A stretch of DNA of 64,000 bases from contig CAWFGE010000017.1 in NCBI GenBank assembly GCA_963815195.1, positions 192,001-256,000 of the forward strand. The letters are read 5' to 3'. The notes under the pieces were generated by a model. The model worked only from the letters and a program-made list of their open reading frames with translations. It was not told the DNA's origin and searched no databases. Below, one piece after another: positions 42,489-52,337 of this stretch (position 1 is its first letter; every line of letters begins with the position of its first letter). A program made the translations under genes and the position numbers. The stretch is from an uncultured Planctomycetaceae bacterium (GTDB lineage: Bacteria > Planctomycetota > Planctomycetia > Planctomycetales > Planctomycetaceae).

Positions 42489-42696
42489 CCGATTGCCTCC
42501 GGGGTCGGCGTTCGCGTTTCAAAGGAGCTCGAGGATTTCGAGACTCCATCGTAGCGATTCCCGCGAAAACTGCGACCGGCCGGCGAAATCTCACAAAAGG
42601 CCTGCGCATTGCCTAAGGTGGGGTGGGTTGGGTTATGATGGGGCATGGACCTTTAACAATCCAAAACCCGCAGGCTCCCGACGGGGCGAGTTTTTT

Positions 42697-44121
42697 ATGT
42701 CGCATGTTTTGATCGTGGATGATGAGCCCAGCATTTGCTGGGGCTTCGAGCAGTTTCTGGGCGATGAGGGACACGACGTGAGCGTGGCCGCGTCTGCGGA
42801 AGAAGCGCTGCGGCTCGCGGGCGACCGCCGGCCCGATGCGATCGTGCTCGACGTGCGGCTGCCCGGCATGGATGGGCTGTCCGCCATCAGCCGTTTCCGC
42901 GACCGCCTGGGCAATGTGCCGATCGTGGTCATCACCGCCTTCGGCAACCTGGAAATCGCCGTCAAAGCGGTGCAGAAAGGGGCTTTCGATTATCTGCACA
43001 AGCCGTTCGATCTGGACCAGGCGTCCGCAGTGCTCGAGCGGGCTTTGGAGTCGTCCCGCGCTTCGGAAACAAAAGATGCGCAAAACCCGCCCGCCGCGGA
43101 GCCCACGGAGATGATCGGCGCTTCGCCCGCAATGCAGCGGGTCTTCAAGCAGATCGCCTGGGTGGCGGGCTCCAATGTGCCGGTGCTCATCACGGGGGAA
43201 AGCGGCACGGGAAAGGAACTGGTCGCCCGGGCCATCCATCGGCACAGCGCCCGCAGCGAAGCCCCGTTTCTGCCCGTGTGCCTCGCGGCCCTCAGCGAGA
43301 GCGTGGTCGAAAGCGAACTCTTCGGGCACGTGAAGGGAGCCTTCACCGGGGCGACGCAGGATCGCCGGGGCCTGTTGGAGCTGGCGGCCGAGGGCACGGT
43401 GTTTCTCGATGAAATCGCGGACACGACGCTGTCGCTGCAGGTGAAGCTCCTGCGGGCTCTCGAACAGAGGGAACTCACGCCGGTGGGCGACGCCCGGCCG
43501 CGTCCGATGGCCGCGCGGGTCCTGGCGGCGACGAACCGCCCGCTGGGGGAGCTCATCGAGCGCGGGGGTTTTCGGGAGGATTTGTATTTTCGGCTCAGCG
43601 TGTTTCAGATCCATTTGCCGCCGCTCAGGGAACGCCGGGAGGATATTCCCGCGTTGGTGGAAAGGTTCGCCTTGTCCGCGATGCCGGAGATGCGTTCGCC
43701 GATCATCACCGAAGAGGCGCTCGCCGAGTTGACGGGCCGCGAATGGCCGGGCAACGTACGGGAGCTGCGGAACGCCATCGAGCATGCGGTCATCGTGTCG
43801 CGGGGCGACGTGATCCGAGCCGACCATTTGCCGCCGCCCGCGCGGTTCGCGGCCGCTTCGCGAAGTTCGGAGGAGACGCTGCCGGAACAGATTCGCGGTT
43901 GGGTCGAAGAAACCGCCAACGGCGCCGAGCCGGCGAATCTCTATGAAGATTATCTCCGCCTGGTCGAGCCGCCGTTTTTGAAGGCGATCTTGGAGCGCTA
44001 CGGCCATAACAAAGCCGCCGCCGCCCAGGTGCTGGGCATCCACCGCTCAACGCTCCGCCAGAAACTCCGGCGGTACGACCTGGACGAATCGAGCGAACAA
44101 GATCGCCGCCAGGACGATTGA
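42697..44121 (+). CDS. Sigma-54-dependent response regulator (NtrC-like)
   Basis: REC (IVDDE, DVRLPGMDG), [25 protein letters not shown]. Confidence 0.95.
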   Translation: MSHVLIVDDEPSICWGFEQFLGDEGHDVSVAASAEEALRLAGDRRPDAIVLDVRLPGMDGLSAISRFRDRLGNVPIVVITAFGNLEIAVKAVQKGAFDYLHKPFDLDQASAVLERALESSRASETKDAQNPPAAEPTEMIGASPAMQRVFKQIAWVAGSNVPVLITGESGTGKELVARAIHRHSARSEAPFLPVCLAALSESVVESELFGHVKGAFTGATQDRRGLLELAAEGTVFLDEIADTTLSLQVKLLRALEQRELTPVGDARPRPMAARVLAATNRPLGELIERGGFREDLYFRLSVFQIHLPPLRERREDIPALVERFALSAMPEMRSPIITEEALAELTGREWPGNVRELRNAIEHAVIVSRGDVIRADHLPPPARFAAASRSSEETLPEQIRGWVEETANGAEPANLYEDYLRLVEPPFLKAILERYGHNKAAAAQVLGIHRSTLRQKLRRYDLDESSEQDRRQDD

Positions 44122-44266
44122 AAACTCGGGTTCACAATCCAAGTGCGGGCGATTCTCCGTCGGACATGGACCGCAACGGCAATTCGCTTTTTTCGTACAC
44201 CGGACGGTTGATTGAGTCGCGGAGGGGAATCGAGTAGACTCTTTATCGCCGACCGTTTGCCCCGGC

Positions 44267-44282
44267 TGGCAAAGAAATCGCC
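44267..44282 (+). promoter_or_regulatory. Possible sigma-54 promoter for DUF1501 gene
   Basis: TGGCAAAGAAATCGCC has GG-N10-GC spacing but a weak -12 element; lies just downstream of an NtrC-like gene. Confidence 0.3.
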
Positions 44283-44315
44283 GCTCGAACCGTCAATTTG
44301 GACAGGGGCCTTTGT

Positions 44316-45719
44316 ATGAACGATTTCCAAATGAACCGGCGTCAGGCCCTCATCGCGAGCGGTTTGGGCACGTTGAGTCTCGGCATGCCGGGCATGGTGT
44401 TCGGGACCGACAAACTCGACGCGTCGGGCAATGCCGTCGCCTCGGACAAGTCTTGCATCTTTGTTCTGCTCTGCGGCGGGCCGAGCCATGTTGACACCTG
44501 GGACATGAAGCCCGAGGCCCCGCTCGATTATCGCGGCCCTTACGAGCCCATCGCCACCAAAGTGCCGGGCATGCGGATCAACGAGATGCACACGCGGTTG
44601 GCCCAGCTCACCGACAAGTTCACGCTGATCAATTCCATGTCGCATCCGGGGGCGATCAGCAACCACTTCGACGCGATGCACAATCTGCTCAGCGGTTCTT
44701 CAGAAAAGCGCGTGCAGCAGGGCCAGCCGAACGATCAACCTTACCTCGGCTCGTTCATTGCCAAGCACAAACCCAGCACCCGGAACTTCATTTCCAACGC
44801 GTGGCTTATCAAATGCGTCGGACCGCCCGTGTTTTGTGCGCCCAATATTGGCATCGGCGGATACCTCGGCTCGGCGTATGCGCCGCTGTTTGTCGGCGCG
44901 GCGGACAATCATCCGGCGATGAAAGACTTCAAACCGCCGGAGATTTATAACTCCTACGACGAGAAACGATTCGAAGTTCGCAAGTCGCTGCTCGCCGGCC
45001 TGGAATCGACGCGGTTGGATCGGGACAAGCAGGTGAAGGACTGGTCGGACCTGCGGGAAAAGACTTATGACGCATTGACGCGAGCCGAGGGCCGGGGGGC
45101 ATTCCAACTGGACCGCGAACCGGTCGAAGTTCGCGAACGCTACGGCATGCATCCGCTCGGGCAAAATCTGCTGCTGGCCCGGCGAATGGTGGAATCCGGC
45201 GTCCGCTTCGTCACCGTCAACGGCTGGACCGGGCAGGCCGAGCACGACAAACAAGGTCCGCCCAGCAGCAGTTGGGACATGCACGGCGGAAACATGGGGA
45301 TGGGCAACGCCTTCGGGACCGGCTCGTACGGCATGGGCTTTTGCTTGCCTCGTTTGGATCAGGCGCTGTCCGGGCTGCTCACCGATCTCAGCGAGCGCGG
45401 CCTGTTGGAGAACACGCTTGTCGTCGTGACCGGCGAGTTTGGCCGCACGCCCTATGTGCTCAAGCAGAACCCGCCTGGACGCCAGCATTGGCCCCGGTGC
45501 TTCTCCTCGATCCTGGCCGGCGCGGGCATCGGCGGCGGGAACGTGTACGGGAAATCCAACCGGTACGGCGAGTATCCCACCCAAAACCCGGTCCGCCCCG
45601 AAGAACTCGCCGCGACCATCTACCACGCCCTCGACATCCCCATCAACAATCCGCAGGACGCCAGCGGCATTTCCCGCACGCTGACCACAGGCAAACCGAT
45701 CATGGACTTGTTCGGGTAA
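44316..45719 (+). CDS. DUF1501 domain protein (Tat-like leader)
   Basis: NRRQAL, GGPSHVDTWDMKP, LLARRMVESGVRFV, WDMH, GEFGRTP, HW. Confidence 0.93.
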   Translation: MNDFQMNRRQALIASGLGTLSLGMPGMVFGTDKLDASGNAVASDKSCIFVLLCGGPSHVDTWDMKPEAPLDYRGPYEPIATKVPGMRINEMHTRLAQLTDKFTLINSMSHPGAISNHFDAMHNLLSGSSEKRVQQGQPNDQPYLGSFIAKHKPSTRNFISNAWLIKCVGPPVFCAPNIGIGGYLGSAYAPLFVGAADNHPAMKDFKPPEIYNSYDEKRFEVRKSLLAGLESTRLDRDKQVKDWSDLREKTYDALTRAEGRGAFQLDREPVEVRERYGMHPLGQNLLLARRMVESGVRFVTVNGWTGQAEHDKQGPPSSSWDMHGGNMGMGNAFGTGSYGMGFCLPRLDQALSGLLTDLSERGLLENTLVVVTGEFGRTPYVLKQNPPGRQHWPRCFSSILAGAGIGGGNVYGKSNRYGEYPTQNPVRPEELAATIYHALDIPINNPQDASGISRTLTTGKPIMDLFG

Positions 45720-45847
45720 TCCGACGAAAAGCCGGGAGGTCAAACGGAGCCCACACCGGCTCTGCGTTCTCGGCCCACCGACAGACTTTGCGGACGTTGC
45801 TTCTCAAACGCCCGATGATTTTCGAGACCAAATAATGAGAGGATGAT

Positions 45848-47005
45848 ATGACGGAGAGGAAACCAATCTACCGCGGCGCCCGCTGGCTTCTGGCGTTGTG
45901 GCTTTCGATTTCGGCGTCGGCGGCATCCGCGGCTTCCACGGACGAGTTGCTCAAGACTCTCAAGCAAGTGGACCGCGAAGGGCAAGGCAACGCCGCTGCC
46001 GCGAAAGCGCTCAAAGAATTGACCCAGCAGGATGCAAAAGTCCTAACCGAGATCTTGAAAGCCTTTGAAGGCGCGAGCCCGCTGGCGATCAATTGGCTCC
46101 GCAGCGCCTTTGAAACCATCGCCGACCAGAGCATCAAACAGAACAAACCGCTGCCCGTGAAGGCACTCAAAGCCTTCATCCTCGACACGAAACAAGACCC
46201 GAACGCCCGCCGATTGGCGTTCGAATGGCTCCGGCAGGTCGAGCCCCAAACGGCCGAGCGGATGATTCCCGGCTTTCTTTTGGACCCGAGCGCGGAACTC
46301 CGCTGGGAAGCCGTTGCGAAGTTGATCGACGAAGCCCGGGCGATCGATGCGAAGAAGACGCCGCGCTTAGCGATTGCGGTTTACCGGAAAGCCTTGAGCG
46401 GCGCGGTCGATCCCGACCAGGTGAAAAACATCGTCGAGCCGCTCAAGAAATTGGGTGTGGAAGTCGATTTGCCCAAGCATTTTGGATTTCTGACGGATTG
46501 GCAGATCGTGGGGCCCTTTGAAAACCGCGGGGGCGTGGGCTTTGCCGCGGTCTATCCGCCGGAGAAAGGCGTCGATTTCTCAGCCGCCTATCCCACGAAG
46601 TTTGACGACGGCTTTGAAGGCGCAAAGGTGCGCTGGCAGGCTTATCACACCGATGACAACTACGGCATCGTCAATATCCGCACGGATATCAAGAACTACA
46701 AAGGCTCCTGCATGTTTGCCGCGGCGACGTTCCACAGCGAGAAGCCGCAAAACGTCTGGCTCCGCCTGGGCACGCCGAACGCCTGGAAATTGTGGGTCAA
46801 CGGCGAACTGTTGTTTGCCCGCGAGGAATACCACCGCGGCACCCGGATGGACCAATACCGTGTGCCTGCAAAACTCAAAGCGGGCGACAATGTCATCCTC
46901 CTCAAGATCTGCCAGAACGAGCAGACGGACGATTGGGCCCAGGATTACCAGTTCCAAATCCGCGTCTGCGACCCCGCCGGCAGCGCGATCCTGCCCGATA
47001 AATAA
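45848..47005 (+). CDS. Secreted hypothetical protein (helical N-domain + beta-sandwich C-domain)
   Basis: Signal peptide, HEAT-like LLDPSAELRWEAV, WQIVGPF, LWVNG, LKAGDNVILLKICQ. Confidence 0.78.
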   Translation: MTERKPIYRGARWLLALWLSISASAASAASTDELLKTLKQVDREGQGNAAAAKALKELTQQDAKVLTEILKAFEGASPLAINWLRSAFETIADQSIKQNKPLPVKALKAFILDTKQDPNARRLAFEWLRQVEPQTAERMIPGFLLDPSAELRWEAVAKLIDEARAIDAKKTPRLAIAVYRKALSGAVDPDQVKNIVEPLKKLGVEVDLPKHFGFLTDWQIVGPFENRGGVGFAAVYPPEKGVDFSAAYPTKFDDGFEGAKVRWQAYHTDDNYGIVNIRTDIKNYKGSCMFAAATFHSEKPQNVWLRLGTPNAWKLWVNGELLFAREEYHRGTRMDQYRVPAKLKAGDNVILLKICQNEQTDDWAQDYQFQIRVCDPAGSAILPDK

Positions 47006-47029
47006 ACCTCAGTCGTTCCAAAGGCGGAT

Positions 47030-47098
47030 GAGCCGCGCACGAAGTAAGCGGTATTGCGTTTTCCAGTTCCCTCAAACCGCTTACTTCGTGCGCGGCTC
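47030..47098. repeat. REP doublet (GAGCCGCGCACGAAGTAAGCGG family)
   Basis: Inverted 22-bp pair between genes. Confidence 0.85.
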
Positions 47099-47138
47099 AA
47101 AATATAGAACAATTCATCTCACCCAAAAGGATCTTGCT

Positions 47139-48338
47139 GTGAAATCTGTTTTGCTTTCGGTGTGTTTTGTGTGCTTGGCCGGGGCTGCGGCCTTCGGAGA
47201 CTGGCGGCAGTTTCGGGGGAACGATGTCAACGGCGTCGCCGAGAAACAAGCCGCTCCCGAGTCGCTGTCCGAGGTGGCGTGGAAAGCCGATCTCACCGGC
47301 CGCGGTCTGTCGGGGCCGATCGTCATCGGCGATCATGTGGTGGTCACCAGCAGCAGCGGGGTCGATCAAAATCGGCTGCACGTGCAGTCTTTCAATACGA
47401 AGACCGGCGAGGAAGAATGGCATCGGCAGTTCTGGGCGACCGGCCGCACGATGTGCCATCGCAAGATGTGCGTGGCCACGCCCACGCCGGCCAGCGACGG
47501 CGAGCGGATCTTCGCGTTTTATTCGTCGAACGATGTGATCTGTCTCGATCTCGACGGCAACCTGCTCTGGTATCGCGGGCTGACCTACGATTATCCCAAC
47601 GCCAGCAACAGCCTGGGCATGGCCTCTTCGCCCATCGTGGTGGACGACACGCTCGTGGTTCAAGTGGAAAGCGATGCAGAGGCTTTCGCGGTCGGCCTCG
47701 ACACCGAAAACGGCGTCGAGCGCTGGAAGATCGACCGCCCCCGCCGGGCCAACTGGACTTCGCCGGTGGTCTATCAAGCCTCCGCCGAACAGCCCAAGCT
47801 GGTGCTGCTCCAGTCCTCGAAAGGCGTGCAAGCGGTGAATCCCAAAACCGGCAAAGAGGTTTGGAACTACACGGACGGGGCCTCGACGATTCCCTCGTCC
47901 GTCGTGAACGGCAATTTGATTTTCGTGCCTTCGCACGGCATCACGGCGCTGCGTCCCAACCCGGAAAGCGAATCGCCGGAGATCGTGTGGCAAGTCGGCT
48001 ATCTCTCGCCCTCCACCGCCAGCCCGTTCGCCTACGACGGCAAGGTTTATACCGTCAACAGCAGCGGGGCCCTCACGTGTGCCGACGGCAAAGACGGCAA
48101 ACGCCTCTGGCAACTTCGCTTGAAAGGCCCCTTCAGCGGGACGCCGGTCGTCGCCAGCGGCAAGCTGTATTTCTTCAATGAAAAAGGCGTCGGCCAGATC
48201 GTCGCGCCCGGCGAAAAAGGCGGCGAGGTCGTGGATACGCACGACTTTGGCGAAACCTTCCTGTGCACCCCCGCTGTCTCCGGTGGGGCAATCTTTATCC
48301 GCAGCGATCAGCACCTCTATAAGATCGCCTCCGAGTGA
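47139..48338 (+). CDS. PQQ-binding-like beta-propeller repeat protein
   Basis: DWRQFRG, G.SGPIV, TPASDG, CLDLDGNLLW, SSPIV; GTG start after AAGGA. Confidence 0.9.
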   Translation: MKSVLLSVCFVCLAGAAAFGDWRQFRGNDVNGVAEKQAAPESLSEVAWKADLTGRGLSGPIVIGDHVVVTSSSGVDQNRLHVQSFNTKTGEEEWHRQFWATGRTMCHRKMCVATPTPASDGERIFAFYSSNDVICLDLDGNLLWYRGLTYDYPNASNSLGMASSPIVVDDTLVVQVESDAEAFAVGLDTENGVERWKIDRPRRANWTSPVVYQASAEQPKLVLLQSSKGVQAVNPKTGKEVWNYTDGASTIPSSVVNGNLIFVPSHGITALRPNPESESPEIVWQVGYLSPSTASPFAYDGKVYTVNSSGALTCADGKDGKRLWQLRLKGPFSGTPVVASGKLYFFNEKGVGQIVAPGEKGGEVVDTHDFGETFLCTPAVSGGAIFIRSDQHLYKIASE

Positions 48339-48387
48339 AGCGAGGTTGGAGGTTGGAGAATAGAGGTTAAAGGTTGGAGACGAAGCC

Positions 48388-48966
48388 ATGAATAAAGTGC
48401 TGATCATCGTGGGCGATGCCACCGAGACGGTGGATACGTTGTATCCGTTTTTCCGCCTGCAGGAGGATGGGTTTCAGCCGGTGGTGGCGGCGCCGGAGAA
48501 GCGGCGGTATCAGATGGTCTTGCACGAAGTCAAGCCGGGCTGGACGATCACCAAGGAATGGGAAGGCTACACGATCGAAGCCGACGTCGCCTTTCGCGAT
48601 GTCGATCCCGACGAGTACGTGGGCATTTTTTTCAGCGGCGGCCGGGCCCCGGAATATATCCGCGACGATCCCGATTTGATCCGCATCACCCGGCATTTTT
48701 TCGAGGCGAACAAACCGATCGCCAGCGTCTGCCACGGCGTCGAGATCCCCGCCCGCGCCGGCTGCGTGAAGGGCCGGCGAATGGCGACCGTGCCCAAGTG
48801 CCAGTTCGACCTGGAAGTCTGCGGCGGGATTTTCGTGAACGAGCCTTGCGTGATCGACGGCAACCTCGTCAGCGGCCGCACCTACCACGACCACGGCCAT
48901 TACATCAAACCTTGGATGCAATTGCTCAACCAAGCCCGCGAAAAGGCCCTCGCGAAAACGACCTGA
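48388..48966 (+). CDS. DJ-1/PfpI family protein
   Basis: GDATE, SGGRAPEY, ASVCHG nucleophile elbow. Confidence 0.92.
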   Translation: MNKVLIIVGDATETVDTLYPFFRLQEDGFQPVVAAPEKRRYQMVLHEVKPGWTITKEWEGYTIEADVAFRDVDPDEYVGIFFSGGRAPEYIRDDPDLIRITRHFFEANKPIASVCHGVEIPARAGCVKGRRMATVPKCQFDLEVCGGIFVNEPCVIDGNLVSGRTYHDHGHYIKPWMQLLNQAREKALAKTT

Positions 48967-49025
48967 CGTTCCGCGCACAGACACTTTAGGGCCTTTGTCC
49001 CTTTGGGGCCTTTGTCCCTCAAACG

Positions 49026-49652
49026 TCAGCACTGCATCATTCGCCAGTCGGGGTTTTCCAACAGGCCGGCCAGATTATCGTGAAAGATTCTTGCCGGGGC
49101 GACCGGGGAGATGGACACGTACCCGCCTTGGGTGCGTTCGATGATCCATCGCCCGCGCTTTCTGAGAACGGTCCGAATCTGCCGCCGGGGCAAAAAGAAC
49201 GCCCCGGGGTTGTCCATCAAGAGGTCCGGAAGCCGGCTGTTGTCCGCGTCGCCGAGATACCGCGGCCGCAGCACCCGGACCGGCCGGTCCGGCACGGGCG
49301 TGCCGCGGAACAACGGCGACAAGAAAAACAAAGGCGACCAGAGGAGCGAACCCAGCGACCACATCAGCGAGGCACCGGTGAAGGCCCCGTCGTCTCGCCG
49401 GAGGGCGTGGTCCATTTCGTGCGGCACGAAAAACAGGCCCTCGGTCGTGGCGTACAGCGTGCCCCACTCGGGCAGGAGTTTGCGGGGAATCCGCACTTCG
49501 CCCAACCGCCCGGTGAGATCGCCCATCACTTCCTGCAACACGTGGGGCGAAGGATCCTCGGCCGAGAGATCCATCACCAAGAGACACTCGGGACAGCGCT
49601 GGTCCAAAGGCTCCACCCAGGTGTAACAGTCGTGACACAAGAGAAACGACAT
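49026..49652 (-). CDS. Hypothetical protein with N-terminal zinc ribbon
   Basis: CHDC-x10-CPEC, central hydrophobic segment. Confidence 0.65.
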   Translation of the reverse strand: MSFLLCHDCYTWVEPLDQRCPECLLVMDLSAEDPSPHVLQEVMGDLTGRLGEVRIPRKLLPEWGTLYATTEGLFFVPHEMDHALRRDDGAFTGASLMWSLGSLLWSPLFFLSPLFRGTPVPDRPVRVLRPRYLGDADNSRLPDLLMDNPGAFFLPRRQIRTVLRKRGRWIIERTQGGYVSISPVAPARIFHDNLAGLLENPDWRMMQC

Positions 49653-49937
49653 AGAGTTGTCCTGACGCCGCCTTTCGCGAACCGAAGCGATTGGCCGCGG
49701 GTCGCCCAAATCCAAGGGCCGCTCGGAATGGCACGGAGGATTCCCACTTTCTAAACTGAAGGGCCGATCGCGCCGCGGTTTCTTTTACTGTAGGCCTTCG
49801 CGGTCCAGGAAACAATATCGGTAAGGTTCCTTGAGCGGCACGGGGCGAGCTGCCGGTGATTTCAAAACCGGCGGCTCCCCACCGAGTGGGTACCCGGCCG
49901 CTCACGAAGACGGCCTTTGAAACAAGGGGTTTATCGG

Positions 49938-50117
49938 ATGGCACTCAACAAGAAGCAAAAAAAGCAAATGGAAGCCGCCCGCAAGAAACAGGCCCAAGTC
50001 CGGCAGCAGCTTGCCGGGTCGAAAAAGCAGCTCGACGATCCCGCCGAGGTGGAGCGGCTGCAAAAGGAACTCGACGCCATCGACGCCGAGATTGAAAAGA
50101 TCCAACAAGGCGGCTGA
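49938..50117 (+). CDS. Small basic coiled-coil protein
   Basis: MALNKKQKKQMEAARKK...; AAGGGG RBS. Confidence 0.7.
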   Translation: MALNKKQKKQMEAARKKQAQVRQQLAGSKKQLDDPAEVERLQKELDAIDAEIEKIQQGG

Positions 50118-50239
50118 CGGTTGCATTGATTAGCCGCCGGGGGGCACCGCCCGCAGGGTGGTCCGCCCCGGTTCATTCCATTAGCCGCCGGGCGCTAGCC
50201 CCGGTTCCCAGAGACACATCAGCAATCAGGGGCAAGGGC

Positions 50240-51631
50240 ATGGCCGGTCGATTTTTGGGGATCACCGTTTTAGGGGACTACATTCTGAGCGAAGGCGTGG
50301 AGGCCGTGCTCGCGAACCTCCAGCGCGTGGGGGCGACGGCGGTGGCGACGAATCCCACGGTGACGGCTCCCGCCGAGGAAGGCACGGGCAGTTTTCAGCC
50401 GCCCATCGACGCCGGGAGCAGCCCCCGCGTCTTCGATCGGCCGCTGTTCGGGAAGACCGCGCTGTGGGTGCGGGGCGGCCCGAGCTATGTGCCGGACGCG
50501 AGCTTTTATCGAGACTCCCCCTACGGTCCCCGGCAGGCGAACGACCTCACGGCATCGCGGGGAACAGTCGTCGGCGAGTTCATCAAGGCCGCGCGAAACC
50601 GCGGGATCAAAGTCTATTTTCAAATCGGGGCCGCCCAGCCGTCGGGCTTGCGGGACGAGGATCGTCCCCGGCTGCCGAACGGCGAGTTGCCCGCCAACCG
50701 CGTCGCGGACACCGCCAACTTCGCCGCAGGTGCCGTCCGCGCTTACAACCGCGCTTATGTGCGGGACCTCATGGCCGCATATCCCGGTGTCACGGGATTC
50801 CGCCCCGATTGGCCGGAGTTTCCCTGTTACACCTTGGGGGAATGCTTTCAAGGCTTCGGCCCGCACGCCGAAGAATGGGCCAAACAGCGCGGATTCGATT
50901 ACGCCGAAATCCGCCGGGCGGTCAGCGAGCTTTATGAGTCGCTTCACGGCGGCGTCACGAACGCGATGCTCGAGCGGCTCTTGGAGAGTTCGTTTTCCCT
51001 GGAATCGCTGCCCGCGGAACTGAAAGATTGGCTGAGGCTCAAGCGGGAACTCTCCTCCGATCTGCTCGCGAACTGGCGGGAGATTCTGACGGAAGCCGGC
51101 GGCCCGGGGCTCGAACTCTCCGCGAACGCCTTCATGCCCGCCTATTCCGACCTGACGGGCTTTGACTTTTCGCGGGCAGGCGAGATTTGTGACGCGGTGT
51201 CTCCGAAGCTTTACACGATGCACTGGTCGCAGATGGTGGAGTTTTGGGGCCGGCCGATTCTCGAATCCAATCCCGCAATCGACGAACGTCTGCTGGTCGA
51301 TGTGTTGTGCCGTTTGATGGAAATTCATACCACCGCCGAGGTGGCCCTGCGGAAGTTTACGCTCGCCGACTACGGCTACCCGGCCCCCGACCAGCCGCAT
51401 CCGATTTCCAGCGAAGTTCAACAGCGAAAGATCGCCGAGGTGTGCGGGAAGGTGGGCGGCCGGGCGCTGGTCACGCCGCTGGTCCACGGCTACGGACCGC
51501 TCGAAGATTTCGAACGCCGGCTCAAATTGGTGGCGGAGACCCAGGCGGACGGCATGTGGATCAACCGCTACGGTTACCTCAGCGACGAAAAGCTCGAAGT
51601 CATTTCAGAGATTTGGAACCCCGGACCATGA
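50240..51631 (+). CDS. Hypothetical glycoside-hydrolase-like TIM-barrel protein
   Basis: Long ORF with beta/alpha pattern (GIKVYFQ, GFRPDWPEFP, DAVSPKLY, GMWINRYGY). Confidence 0.6.
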   Translation: MAGRFLGITVLGDYILSEGVEAVLANLQRVGATAVATNPTVTAPAEEGTGSFQPPIDAGSSPRVFDRPLFGKTALWVRGGPSYVPDASFYRDSPYGPRQANDLTASRGTVVGEFIKAARNRGIKVYFQIGAAQPSGLRDEDRPRLPNGELPANRVADTANFAAGAVRAYNRAYVRDLMAAYPGVTGFRPDWPEFPCYTLGECFQGFGPHAEEWAKQRGFDYAEIRRAVSELYESLHGGVTNAMLERLLESSFSLESLPAELKDWLRLKRELSSDLLANWREILTEAGGPGLELSANAFMPAYSDLTGFDFSRAGEICDAVSPKLYTMHWSQMVEFWGRPILESNPAIDERLLVDVLCRLMEIHTTAEVALRKFTLADYGYPAPDQPHPISSEVQQRKIAEVCGKVGGRALVTPLVHGYGPLEDFERRLKLVAETQADGMWINRYGYLSDEKLEVISEIWNPGP

Positions 51632-52330
51632 CGCTTGATAAAATCCAGGACATCCTCCGACAGACGTTGGACGATCATCGCCTATCCCGAAGCGAGAAAC
51701 GGGCGCTCGAAGATGTGCTGGCGGACGCCGTCGGCAGCGAGCACGAGATGGCGGTCTGCCGGAGCGCCGCGTTCGAGTTGGCCCGCGAGAGCTTTAACGA
51801 TGCGGAGGCGGGCGAGGTGCTGAATTGGCTCGAAGAGGTCGTCAAGGTTTTGCAGCTCCCGGAGGAGTCCGCGCGGCCCGCGCGGGCGGAATGCCATTTC
51901 AGCCCGGGCGATAATTGCCCCCGCCGGATCAGCGGCTTGTTCGCCGCCGCCCGAACTTCCGCGGACGCGTGCGTATACACGATCACCGACGACCGCATTT
52001 CCGACGCGATTCTGGACGCCCATCGCCGCGGCGTGGCCGTGCGGATCATTACCGACAACGAGAAAGCCTTCGATCCGGGTTCCGACATCGTCCGCCTGGA
52101 GCAGGCCGGCGTGAGCATCCGCGCCGATCGATCGCCGTACCACATGCACCATAAGTTCGCGATCTTCGACGCCGAACTGCTGCTCACCGGCAGCTACAAC
52201 TGGACCCGCGGGGCGGCGGAGAACAACCAGGAAAACCTCGTGTTGACCGACGACCGCCGGCTGCTCGAACCATTCCGGGAGGTGTTCGAAACGCCTCTGG
52301 AAAGAGTTCTCATCAGCCGCTGGGCGTTAG
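51628..52330 (+). CDS. Phospholipase D-like (single HKD, Nuc/Zucchini-type) protein; extra A at ~52290
   Basis: HHKFAIFD, TGSYNWT, N.EN; removing one A restores FERLWKEF...TAG 52330. Confidence 0.85.
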
Positions 52331-52337
52331 CCCACGG

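Noticed and set aside
49832..49904. tRNA-Sec-like cloverleaf (CCGGT-GATTTCAAA-ACCGG with TCA in the loop)
   Set aside because: No T-loop (TTCGA), D-arm or CCA; the outer arms match the TGAGCGGCA...GCCGCTCA repeat also seen at 62542..62622.
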